Positions 14,719-26,822 of a DNA stretch of 64,000 nucleotides are shown here, one piece after another. Location of the stretch: assembly GCA_951406725.2 (NCBI GenBank), contig OX597815.1:190588001-190652000 (forward strand). The letters run 5' to 3'. Numbering within the stretch: the first letter of the stretch is position 1; each line of letters opens with the position of its first letter. The notes below the pieces were generated by a model, which was not told the origin of the DNA, did no database searches, and saw only the letters and a list, made by a program, of their open reading frames with translations. Both the position numbers and the translations under genes were made by a program. Source of the DNA: Octopus vulgaris (lineage: Eukaryota).

Positions 14719-16251
14719 GTGTGTGTGTGTGTGTAAATGTAAAAAAATACAAACTGGGACAAGAACGTGAAACATTTAGAAGACGATACAAAAAGCACGG
14801 ACGGGACATTCGAAGCCTTCAATCTTCAGTCAAGAACCGAATCATCTTCGCAATTTCGGCTGATTAATCTTGAGATTGCTCCGATCTGGCCAGCCCCAAA
14901 GGAAAATCTAAGCCAAGTGCATTAGATTCCTTAGAAGAAAACCTCGAATGTATACAAAACAAGGACGGAAAACTGGACGATGTTACACGAATAAAAATAC
15001 AAAAATACGTAAAAACAATAATGATAATAATAATAACAACAAAAACAGGACGTCACAGACAAGCGTCTTTTCGACAGGACGAGTAAATTTTTGAGCTGGC
15101 GTTAGAAAAAAAGCCTTAGGGCTAGAGAGAGAAAAAAATGTATCTTGATATATATATATACTATCTCAATAAGTTTCATCCAACCCATGACAGCATGGAA
15201 AAAATGGATATAAGAATGATAGGTGATGAAACCGTGGAAGAGAACTGTGTCTCTAAGGGAAGAATTTGTTTTCAATTTCAGTAACTGTGGAAAATCCCAC
15301 ACACTTCACACACACACTGTTAATCATAGTACATTATTTTCTTTCCTCATGTCTCTTTGCTGAGAGTGGTTGTGTATATAGTTCAGCTGTGTATGCATAA
15401 CTTAGAGGTTGTTCAGTTGTGGGCTGCTACTGTATAATGCTATAAAGGTTATATAGGTGATATGAAGAGTGAAAGGATTTTGGTTTCAAATTTTGACACA
15501 ATGCCAGCAATTTTAAGAGAAGGAGTAAGTCAATTACACTGAGCCCAGCATTTTACTAATATCTAATATTGGTTTAAAATTTTGGCACAAAGCTAGCAAT
15601 TTCATGGGAGAAGGAAAGTCAATTACATTGACTCCAATGCTTAACTGGTACTTATTTTATTAATTCTGAAAAAAAATGAAAAATATAGTGACCATGGCAA
15701 AATTTGAACTCAGAATGCCAGTAAGCATTTTACCCAGTGTGCTAATGACACTGCCAGCTTGACAACTGGTGAAAGTATATTGACTAATGTACCCAAGTAC
15801 TCGACACGACAGTTTTATCAAACGTTCAAATTCATGACAATGTAGGCAATATTTCATTACCCTAACCTTGCATCCAATCTACTACTCCTTATTGTTGAAA
15901 AGAACATCAGTTATATACAGTGGCGTTTTTCATATTTGATTTCAATTGTTCTGCAACCAGAGAACATTAATGATGATAGCTTTATGTTTTTCATGTTAAG
16001 GTAAATTTAGATCTAGATTTTAAATGAATAAAAAGTAATTAATTATCTCTATTGTGAAGTAAACATATTGCAGACACAAGTTTTATATAGAATTGTATGA
16101 TTAGTGTTCTTTTCTTTTGTAGAGCTTAGTGACTTGATTAAAATCTTCAAAGAAAGACATCAATGTTGATTATATTTCAGGAAAGTTACACAGATACTTC
16201 TGCCAATTATTATCATAGTCATTAGCTTCATATTCACTAATGTCATTTATT

Positions 16252-16285
<34 letters not shown>

Positions 16286-17785
16286 ATATTATTAATATTA
16301 TTATTATTGCTGTTGTTGGTATTGTTACATTTCTTTCTTATGGATAGATACTGAACAGAATTTTTTTTAATATCATAACATAATTGTGGCAGTAATTATT
16401 ACCGTTTCTTTATGAAGTACCGAAGCTAGCATCATATCTATTCTATAATATCAGGGACCCATTCTCACTGACATGACGCACTGCTTTATCAAAAGCTATG
16501 ATTTCTTTCAACAAATGCAGGGGCAGTAAAGTACCATGGCTATGCCTTATCAGTAGGCTGTTGGAAGTTTCTTGAAGATCTAGAATGGAAGAGCTGGTCT
16601 TTAGAAAGAACCATGTAACTTCTGAAATCCTCCCCAAACCAGATCTTCAACTAGCATTCGAAGAGAAAATGTGAGAATTCAGATAGTTTGTATACAATCA
16701 AATATATACAGCAGAACATCTGTATGTTACCTTCAAGGGATTTTTTCCATCACTTTTTATACAGCTTTCACAGCTTATCAAACCTCTTCTACTTCTGTGG
16801 AGGTAAATTCAACTGATATCACTTTTTGGATGAGGTACACCATTTATAGTTAGAATTTTGGAATAAATGAAAAGAGAAATCATAAAAGCTTCTCACAAGT
16901 AAGTTTATATTTTGGGCTGCCCCTCCAGCAATCCAGAATGGCAGGATCTATGTAAAAACATATTTCTTTGGCTGTATTTTTCTAAAGCCAGTACCACCTG
17001 ACTGGCCCTCCAGATCAGATTCAAGTCTGGTGCAGCCATCTGGTTCGCCAGCCCTCAGTCAAATCGTCCAACCCATGCTAGCATGGAAAGCAGATGTTAA
17101 ACGATGATGATGATGATAGACCTTTGTGCCTATCATAAAGACATTTTTTAAGCTTTCTACATTGTTACAAGATTTCCTTATTTCTCATTTCCTTAATTAT
17201 TCTGCTTCTGCAATACAATGCTTCATGGAAACCACAATGCTCTGCTAGCATCTTGTTTTAACATCATCCCCTTAATTTTTTAATTACTCAATTTGATAAG
17301 CTCAGCCCTGTGCCTCAGTATCTCAATTATCTCTGCGTTTCCAGTCATAATATTGTTTTCCAATTTAATTTGCCTTTTAACACCCAATTCAACCTTCTAA
17401 AATATTTTTTATTAAATATCATTTTTATTTCATTTTCCTTCATCCTATCTATTTCCAAAATATATAATCATTTGTATCCACTGACCTCTATGTATTTCCT
17501 CACCTGCCCAGCCAGAAACACTTTCCCATTAGATGTTGCAACTTTATCTCTCCATAAAAATCAACAAAACTCACTTCTGAATGTAAAAAAAAAAACCTCT
17601 AATCCTATATCTTCACTGAATATATGAACTGTGTTTGCTAGTGCAGCTATTCTGCTATTTACTCTTTCCATACATCTTAATATCATCCATTAACAGTAGA
17701 CGGCTTACTTCATGCAGATTTTTTCCTTAAGTCATACCCAAAACTGAGAAAATGTAAGAATGAATAGGAAAAAATATGAAATGTA

Positions 17786-17998
17786 CAGGGTTGGCCAGAA
17801 GTCATCCGACAGTAAATCAAATTTCCATAAATACTATCTGTAATTCTGTATTGACTTGAATGGAAAAATGTGTCACTCAAGAAGGATTTCAGTTTTATAT
17901 TTAGATGCTTTTATTAAATTCATTCAGTTGTTAAACATAAATGAATCTTGGAATTAAATGGTTTTGATTTACTGTCAGGTGACTTTTGGCCAACTCTG
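17786..17998. mobile_element. Tc1/mariner-type MITE (213 bp)
   Basis: TA|CAGGGTTGGCCAGAAGTCATCCGACAGTAAATCAAA ... TTTGATTTACTGTCAGGTGACTTTTGGCCAACTCTG|TA: ~36-bp TIRs and TA TSD. Confidence 0.85.
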
Positions 17999-18022
17999 TA
18001 TATGCATTGTACACCTTCTTTA

Positions 18023-18410
18023 CTTGCAGGTGGGGCCCAGTTAGAATTTTCTTCTGGTCGAGTAGCCCATCCCGATCAAAAGGTCCCTGAATAAGGATTG
18101 TTTAAGTATGTTGAACGAACCACCCATGTTTCCAAAGGGGAATTATCCAAACCTCTAAGAATTCCTTTCAACACATGGCTATGATGCTCCCCCACTACTT
18201 CTGCTCGTGATCAGAGATGCACATATCGTCAGCCACCAAGGGACATGCTCAACTGGTTAAGGTCAAACAACTGACAAGCAAATCTGTGGTATTGAGCAGA
18301 CTATTTGCTGTAGCTCATCTTTTATATTAATTCAAAACAATGTACATAACACCCCTAATCAGCTAAGATCAGAAGCCATGAGAGCCACTGCCTGGTACTG
18401 CATCAGGGCA
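18023..18410 (+). mobile_element. 5'-truncated retroelement 3' end with ATC/ATT tail
   Basis: Co-terminal (gtactgcatcagggca) with the longer copy at 18697-19247. Confidence 0.65.
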
Positions 18411-18449
18411 AATATCATCATCATCATCATCATTATTATTATCATTACT

Positions 18450-18660
18450 AAGGTGGTAAGCTAACAGAATCGTTAGCATGCCAGGTGAAATGCTTAATGC
18501 ATTTTGTCTACCTTCCCATTCTGAGTTCAAATGTCAAGGGTTGACTTTGCCTTTCATCCCTTTAAGGTCAATAAAATAAGTACTAGTTGAGTCCTGGGAT
18601 TGATGTAATCGACTTCACTCCTCCTTGAAAACAATTTCAGGCCTTGTGCCTGAAAGAATT
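18450..18660 (+). mobile_element. SINE family B
   Basis: Head ggtggtaagctaacagaatcgttagc, core gactttgcctttcatcc, tail ggccttgtgcc. Confidence 0.75.
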
Positions 18661-18696
18661 ATTTTTATCATGATTATTTTTATTATTATTATTATT

Positions 18697-19247
18697 GAGT
18701 GAGAGAGCAGTTCATGCCATCAAAGTGACACTGGGGTAAAATATACGAAGCCCAATATACCCATCATGACTACCCGTCTGATAAAGGTACACCAGGCACA
18801 TGCATCACAACCATATGTGCGCGACATTGTGATCTCATATCAAGATAAACAGCACATGACCTTGCAGGTGGAGCCCAGTTGGAATTTTCTCCAGGGTGAG
18901 TAGCCCATCCCGCTCAAACGGTCCCTAAGGGTTGTTTAAGGATGTTGAAAGAACCACCCATGTTTCCAGAGGTGAACTATTCAAACCCCAAAGAATCCCT
19001 CTCAACACATGGCTATGATGCTCCCCCACTACTTCTGCTCGTGGTCAGAGATGCACATATCGTCAGCCACTAAGGGACATGCTCAACTGGTTAAGGTCAA
19101 ACAACTGACAAGCAAACCTGTGGTATTGAGCAGAATATTTGCTGTAGCCCATCTTTTATACCAAGACAAAACAATGTACATGATAACACTTCCAATCAGT
19201 TAAGATCAGAAGCCATGAGAGCCACTGCCTGGTACTGCATCAGGGCA
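18697..19247 (+). mobile_element. Retroelement 3' segment embedded in (ATT)n
   Basis: High similarity to 18023-18410 and flanked by ATT repeats; clade not identified. Confidence 0.65.
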
Positions 19248-19329
19248 TAATTATTATTATTATTATTATTATCATTATTATTATTATCATTATTATTATC
19301 ATTATTATTATTATTTATTTATTTATTTA

Positions 19330-19550
19330 TTGCCCACAGGGGGCTAAACATACAGGGTACAAACAAGAACAGACAAAGGGATTAAGTCGATTACATCGAC
19401 CCCAGTTGCTAACTGGTACTTATTTAATCGACCCCAAAAGGATGAAAGGCAAAGTCAACCTCAGCGGAATTTGAACTCAGAACATAACAGCAGACAAAAT
19501 ATCGCTAAGCATTTCGCCCTGCATGCTAACAATTCTACCAGTTCACCACC

Positions 19551-19551
<1 letters not shown>
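19330..19551 (-). mobile_element. SINE family B (linker-type end) in (ATT)n
   Basis: Family core and head. Confidence 0.8.
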
Positions 19552-19591
<40 letters not shown>

Positions 19592-20088
19592 ATTATTCAT
19601 TTGTCTTATTTTTATAACATGCTTTTACTGCACTACCAAGCACAGCTTTGTTTGCCTTGGGTATGTACTGCAGTTTGCTGTGATGCTCTTACTTTTATTG
19701 TACTGAAAGTGTTTTACATAGGATGTGTGCAGTGCCTAGTAGTGCTAGTTTCTGTATATTATATATACTTGTTAATCCTGATTGTTATTATTATTATTAT
19801 TACTATTAACATTAATGCTATAATAATAATAATTATTATTATCATTATTATTATTATTATTGTTATTATTAATTTGGTACTCTCATTTTTATTACATATT
19901 TTGCATTGCACAATTGAACACAACTCTATGTGGTTTTAGGTTTTTAGGTAGGTGAAGTGGTTTGCATTCTTTTTGAGTATTTTTGCTTCCATCAGATCAT
20001 CATCAATATCATCATCATCATCATCATATTGAACCACTTAGAAAATAAATTAAAATTTTCAATACAGATATTTCAAATTTTATTCCTG

Positions 20089-20119
<31 letters not shown>

Positions 20120-20276
20120 TTTTCAGTAAATAAGCAAATAAGTGATTGTTTTCTACACTGAAGAAAAAGAATAATTGAAAAAAAAAAAAAAAGAAAAGAA
20201 AAAATAGAAAAAAAAAAGAAAGAAATCTTGAAATGAATTCAACGTATGTGTGCATGTGTGCATATGTGTGTTTGTG

Positions 20277-20319
<43 letters not shown>

Positions 20320-20532
20320 ATGTGTGCCTGCATATGAGATGCGTGTGTATTAAAAGATACGAATTGAAGACTGAAAGAGAAAAGAACAAAAAAAATCAAT
20401 ACAACTTGGATTTGTTTAACTGTATGATATCAGAGGCATCGCAATGATATTTAACAATGGTTCTTTCTTTTGGATTATTCAGGTATTGATTCTATTTCAT
20501 TTCATCATTTATATATATATATACACATACAT

Positions 20533-20576
<44 letters not shown>

Positions 20577-20581
20577 ATGTA

Positions 20582-20652
<71 letters not shown>

Positions 20653-21405
20653 TTCTTAATTTTTATTTATGTGTTTATTTTTTTTTTTGACAACATTATT
20701 AATTAAAAACAAATAGAAAAATACCGATTTGTGAAGTAGTAGAAACTAGACGTATTTGCTGTGTCTTAACTTTCTTTCTTCAGTGAAATTAAAATTAAAA
20801 ACAAAAACAACAACGGCAAACAATGGGTAAAAAAAGAGAGAAAAAAATGTAGTACAAAGAAGGTCTGGTGGGGGCCACGACGGCGGCGGCGATAATGGAG
20901 GTGGTGGTGGTGAAAATGATGAAGACAGGAGTAACAATGAGGACAATGATAATGATGATGATGATGATGATGATAATAATGATAGCAATATCAGAGAAAG
21001 TCGTATAAACAATTATGGCGACTGTGAGCAGAACAGGGGGGTGGGGGAGACAACAGTGATTACAATTCAAATAATAATAGACAAATTTTTAAAAAAAATT
21101 TTAATGAGGAGGAATAAAGATAAAGTCATTCAATAGTAATAATGGTTATGATTTCTAGCTATGGCATATGGTCACATATTTTTAAGGAAAAAATTGGTTG
21201 ATTATGCAGATTTAATTATTTAGCTGGTTCTTATTCTAACTACTTTAGAATCAGGAAATATAAAGTTGAGCCTAAGGGATTTTGCACCCAAAAGAAAAAG
21301 ATAACCCCTTTAAATATTTATAGGGACCACTCAAAAAATTCAGCTATTACAATGACAAGGATGCAAAGTTGGGCAGGAGTTGTGAAATCAATTTAAACAA
21401 TTTTA

Positions 21406-21590
21406 GGTGTAGGAGTGGCTGTGTGGTAAGTAGCTTGCTTACCAACCACATGGTTCAGGGTTCAGTCCCACTACATGGTACCTTGGGCAAGTGTCTTCTA
21501 CTATAGCCTCGGACCAACCAAAGCCTTGTGAGTGGATTTGGTAGACAGAAACTGAAAGAAGCCCATTGTGTGTGTATATATATATATATA
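21406..21590 (+). mobile_element. SINE family A, 5' half
   Basis: Head to internal TA repeat, then replaced by a palindromic element. Confidence 0.8.
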
Positions 21591-21877
21591 TAGGCAAGGA
21601 AAAATTATAAAAAGGCAGAATGCTAAATTGAAGGTAAATTTTAATGAAAATGGGTGTATGGAAAATTTTAAATAATTTTAAAAAAATATATATATATTAA
21701 TTCAAACCGGTTTTCGTCACAATATGACTTTTCAAGTTGCATTGTAAAGTCGCATTGCAACGGAAACCGGTTTGAATTAATAAATATATTTTTTTTTAAA
21801 TTCTAAAAAATTTTCCATACACCCATTTTCATTAAAATTTACCTTCATTCTGCCTTTTTATAATTTTTCCTTGCCTA
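21591..21877. mobile_element. Palindromic (fold-back) element with central back-to-back hammerhead-like motifs
   Basis: taggcaaggaaaaattataaaaaggcagaatg...cattctgcctttttataatttttccttgccta; arms pair through to the centre near 21740. Confidence 0.8.
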
Positions 21878-21889
21878 TCATTTCTCCAC

Positions 21890-21922
21890 GTGCGGTCAGC
21901 ACAACCCCACCATTTATTGATT

Positions 21923-21953
<31 letters not shown>

Positions 21954-21974
21954 CAAACATATACACACACACAC

Positions 21975-22018
<44 letters not shown>

Positions 22019-22245
22019 GTGTGTGTGTATATGTTTGTGTTTTATCGAACAAAGGTGGTGGGACAAACATATATATATATATTTGATGGGATTCTTTCAG
22101 TTTCCATCTACCATATCCAGTCACAAGGCTTTGCTTGGCCTGAGAGTATAGTAGAATATACTTGACCAAGGTACCACGCAGTGGGACTGAACCCCAAATC
22201 ATCTGGTTGGGAAGCAAGCTTCTTACCACACAGCTGAGCTCATGC
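21890..22245 (-). mobile_element. SINE family A (partial)
   Basis: Reverse-complement head and body at 22080-22245 plus internal microsatellite. Confidence 0.7.
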
Positions 22246-22676
22246 TTTTGTCAGTTAGTGCTCAGAACCAAATGAGCCAAATCCATGAAGAATATCATTT
22301 AATATGGGTTACATAATACGATTATAAAATAATTGCATTTAATGAGTGATGAAGATTAATGATAGACCAAAGAAAAATTAAGGCAATTTAGTTTTAAACT
22401 AAATATAAGACAGGGTTAAGCTTTCCTGATAAGATGATGTGTCATTGAGAACATTTGACCTTATTGATGAAGGCTAATGATAAACCAAAGGAAAGAATGC
22501 GGAAGATGTAGTTTTAAATGGAATATTAGAAAGTTAATATCTTCTATGTTGAGATTTCTGTATAATGAACTTGTCCAATGCTAGCAGAATGAAGCAGATA
22601 TTAAAAAGATGATGATGATGGTGCTGGTGCTGGTAATGGTGATAACGGTGATGGTGGTGGAGGTGTTGGTGGTAAT

Positions 22677-22910
22677 GGTGGTGAACTGGCAGAATCGTTA
22701 GCACGCCGGGCGAAATGCGTAGCCGTATTTCGTCTGCCGTTACGTTCTGAGTTCAAATTCCGCTGAGGTCGACTTTGCCTTTCATCCTTTCGGGGTCGAT
22801 TAAATAAGTACCAGTTATGCACTGGGGTCGATATAATCGACTTAATCCATTTGCCTGTCCTTGTTTGTCCTCTCTGTGTTTAGCCCCTTGTGGGTAATAA
22901 AGAAATAGGT
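22677..22910 (+). mobile_element. SINE family B (well-preserved copy)
   Basis: ggtgaactggcagaatcgttagc...gagttcaaattcc...gtcgactttgcctttcatcctttcggggtcgat...aaagaaataggt. The core resembles Meta-domain/Sauria-type SINE cores (from recall, unverified). Confidence 0.85.
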
Positions 22911-23230
22911 AATGGTGGTGATGGTGGTGGTGGCGGAGGTGTTGGAAGTGGTGATGGCGGTGGTGGTGGCAGCGGCGGTGGTGGCGGCAGCAGCGGTGGT
23001 GGCGGCAGCAGCGGTGGTGGCGGCAGCAGCGGTGGTGGCGGCAGCAGCGGTGGTGGCGGCAGCAGCGGTGGTGGCGGCAGCAGCGGTGGTGGCGGCAGCA
23101 GCGGTGGTGGCGGCAGCAGCGGTGGTGGCGGTGGTGATGGCGGTCGCGGCAATGATGGCAGCAGCAGTGATGTTAGTCATGGCAGTGATGATGATGACAA
23201 CGATGACAACGATGATGATGATGATGATGC
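22911..23230. repeat. 18-bp minisatellite (GGCGGCAGCAGCGGTGGT)n within GGT/GAT repeats
   Basis: About 8 perfect units at ~22975-23125. Confidence 0.95.
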
Positions 23231-23344
23231 AGACGTAAAGCACTCTTCTTTTATTAGACTCGGTTTTCTTTTTTTTCACCAGTTGTCCAATTGCAATGAC
23301 CACAAGCCTTTTTTCTTACTTCCTTTCTCTCTTTTTTTTCTGGC

Positions 23345-23834
23345 CTCTTTACTCTTTTATTTCTTTCAGTCATTTAACTGTGGCCATGCTGGAGCACTGC
23401 TTTTAGTCGAGCAAATCGACCCCAGGACTTATTCTTTGTAAGCCTAGTACTTATTCTATCAGTCTCTTTTGCCGAACCGCTAGGTTACGAGGACATAAAC
23501 ACACCAGCATCGGTTGTCATGTGATGTTGGGGGGACAAACACAGACACACAAACATATACACACACACATACATACATATACATACATATATTTATATAT
23601 ATATAAACATACATACATACATACATACATACATACGTATATATATATATATACACACACACACATATATACAATGGGCTTCTTTCAGTTTCAGTCTACC
23701 AAGTCCGCTCACAAGGTTTTGGTTAGCCCAAGGCTATAGTAGAAGACACTTGCCCAAGGTGACACGAAGTAGGACTGAACCCAGAGCCGTGTGGTTCATA
23801 AGCAAGCTACTTACCACACAGCCACTCCTACGCC
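23345..23834 (-). mobile_element. SINE family A, full length
   Basis: tRNA-like head, ccttgggcaagt CORE-like motif, internal TA/CA microsatellite, (AAAGAGT)-type tail. Confidence 0.85.
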
Positions 23835-24160
23835 TCTTTAATATTTTTCACAACAATATAATGAAAAATAAAGAAAACTTTAAAAATATTTCTATAAAAG
23901 TGAGTCACACATTTATGATAATGAGCCATGATTACTTTTAGAATATAGAAATGTAATTCGTAGAAAGCCTCAGAGCTATAGGTTCACAGCTTCACATATA
24001 ATCTATAAATAAGCAGACACAAAAATAAAGTTTCAAAGAATTGTACGCTTAGAGTAAAAGTTAACAAGTTGAAAAATTTTCAAGAAATGTTTAACAAGAA
24101 GAATTTCAGTATTTGAAGAGAATTACGTACAGCAGAGTAAGAAATAGAATATATTCAAGC

Positions 24161-24452
24161 ATTTTAAATCAATAAAGTGTTTTGCCAGTATTTTTTTTTT
24201 TCTCCATTCCCTTTTTGCCCTGACTTATTTTTTTTACCTTTTTTAATAATGTACATCAAACAAAACTAAAACTGTAGAAGATATCCTGGGTTTTTTTTTT
24301 TTTTGTCCTTTTCCTTATTTATCAATATGCTACTAGTGTTTAAATTTGTTTGATGTATATATTAATAAAGAGAAGGGAAAAATAAAGAAAAAGAGGGGTC
24401 GAAATGGAGATGAAAGGAAAAAGCACGACAAAACATTTTATTGATTAAAAAT
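24161..24452. repeat. Degenerate fold-back element
   Basis: ttttaaatcaataaagtgttttg pairs with caaaacattttattgattaaaa; tacatcaaacaaa pairs with tttgtttgatgta. Confidence 0.6.
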
Positions 24453-24504
24453 ATTTCAATTTATTATGTTTTATGCTTTATTTTATGTTGTTTCACTTCA
24501 AATA

Positions 24505-24922
24505 CCTTTTATCTTTTACCTGTTTCAGTGATTGGATTGTGGCCATGCTGGGGCACTGCCTTGAATAATTTCAAACAAATCGAACCCAGTACTTATTTTT
24601 TTTTTGAAGCCTGGTACTTTATCAGTCTCTTTTGCTGAACTGCTAAGTTACAGGGATGTAAACACACCAACACATGTTATCAAGTGATGGTGGGGGACAA
24701 ACAAAGCCACAAAGATACAAACAAACACATGCACGCACACACACACACACACACACACACATTGGGTTTCTTTCAGTTTCCATCTATCAAGTCCACTCAC
24801 AACGCCTTGGTCAGCATGAGGCTATAGTAGAAGACACTTGCCCACAATGCCACTCAGTGGGACTGAACCTGGAACCAGGTGGCTGGAAAACAGACTTCTT
24901 ACCACACAGCCATACCTGCACC
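24505..24922 (-). mobile_element. SINE family A
   Basis: Family motifs. Confidence 0.8.
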
Positions 24923-25029
24923 TACATGATGAAACTGAGATAGAAAGTTTATATGATCTAACAAGCCAAACCTGGTATTTATTTGAAGACACACAAAGAC
25001 ACGTACATATAAACAGACAAAACAGAGCC

Positions 25030-25642
25030 TAAAGTAGCTCCCTGGCTTGCCAGCACCTATCAAACTATCCGACCCATGCCAGCATGGAAAACAGATACTG
25101 ATTGATAACAATGAGGATCTCCATGCTGGTGGCGCATAAAAGGCACCATTCGAGCATGATTGTTACCTGCTTTGCCTTACTGGCACTTGTGCTGGTGGCA
25201 CATGAAAAAACATACGAGCAAGCTCATTGCCAGTGCCGCTGGACTGGCTCCTGTGCAGGTGGCACATAAAAAGCACCATCTGAGCGTGGCCGTTGCCAAT
25301 GCAACCGACGGGCCCTCGTGCTGGTGGCATGTAAAAGCACCCACTACACTCTCGGAGTGGTTGGCATTAGGAAGGGCATCCAGCTGTAGAAACTCTGCCA
25401 GATCAGATTGGAGTCTGGTGCAGCCACCTGGTTCGCCAGACCTCAGTAAAATCATCCAACCCATGCTAGTATGGAAAGCAGACGTTAAACGATAATGATG
25501 ATGATGTTTCAGTTTCCGTGAGCCAAATCCACTCACAAGGCTATAAGTAGAAGACACTTACCCAAGGTAACACACAGTGGGACTGAACCCAGAGTCATGT
25601 AAATGAGAAGCAAATTTCCTCACACACAGCTACACCAGCACC
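25030..25642. mobile_element. RTE 3'-UTR fragments (+) followed by a SINE A head fragment (-)
   Basis: Family motifs; (GAT)n tail near 25500. Confidence 0.7.
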
Positions 25643-26075
25643 TATAATAATATGCAGGGCTTTTGTTTCCTTCCTTATTTATCAATACATAGCTATTTTT
25701 TAAAAATCATATAAACTTTCAATCTTAATTTCATCATACATCACTCTGCATTACATATGATATTTTAGTCACTACGCAATAAAATCCAAAACTAAATCTT
25801 GGCTGCATAAGTTGGCCATTAAAAGAATCAATATCTTACATCAAAAATAATACAAAAGCAGATCATTATTTTTATCATCATCATCATCATCATTATTATT
25901 ATTATTATTATGATTATTATTGTTGTTATTATCATTATTATTTTTGTACTTTTGTTGTGCCTTGTTAATCTGGAGATTTCCATGAAGGTAGTTTACTGTA
26001 ATATCCAAATGCTTTCTAGAAGAATATAGTTTTCAATACTTAGAAAAACACAAATTAAAATATGTAAGTATGTAA

Positions 26076-26076
<1 letters not shown>

Positions 26077-26159
<83 letters not shown>

Positions 26160-26700
26160 GCTATTCTTAGCAACGTAGCATTTTCAGTAGAAGATAAAAT
26201 TAATTATCATGCTAGATTAAATGGCATACTGGATTATTTTTCTGAGTCGATCTGCTAAATGTAAAAATGTTATCAAAATAAAATATACATACATTACATG
26301 CATTAATACATGTACATACATATATACATACATACATTACATTACATTCACGCCTTACATACATACATACATACATGCATATATACATACATACATTCAT
26401 ACATACATACATATCTACATTCATACATACCTACATACACACATAGACATACATACATATATACATACATACATACACACACACACATACGTACACACAC
26501 ATACATACACACACATACATACATACACACACACACATACATATACACACACACATACACACATACACATATATGTATGTACATTCATACATATGTACAC
26601 ACACATACATATATACATACACACACACATACATATATACATACATACACACACACACACATACATATATACATACATACATATACATACATACATACAC

Positions 26701-26739
<39 letters not shown>

Positions 26740-26822
26740 TACATACACACATACATACACACACACACATACACACACACACACACACATACACACACAC
26801 ACACATACATACATACACACAC
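26077..26822. repeat. (TA)n and (CATA/CA)n microsatellite field
   Basis: Directly visible. Confidence 0.95.

Noticed and set aside
14800-14835. CUGAAGA...GAAU motif on the minus strand
   Set aside because: GAAA is broken and stem I does not pair; not counted as a hammerhead.
14376-15183. 27-bp inverted pair ttggatgaaacttattgagatagtata about 780 bp apart
   Set aside because: Most simply two oppositely oriented fragments of an RTE-UTR-related repeat; no TSD found.
16443-16853. Short ORFs in non-repetitive sequence
   Set aside because: No recognisable motif and no convincing splice-site pair.
22842-23441. Gly/Ser-, Ala/Thr- or Pro-rich ORFs
   Set aside because: An 18-bp minisatellite wedged between two SINEs, open in most frames.
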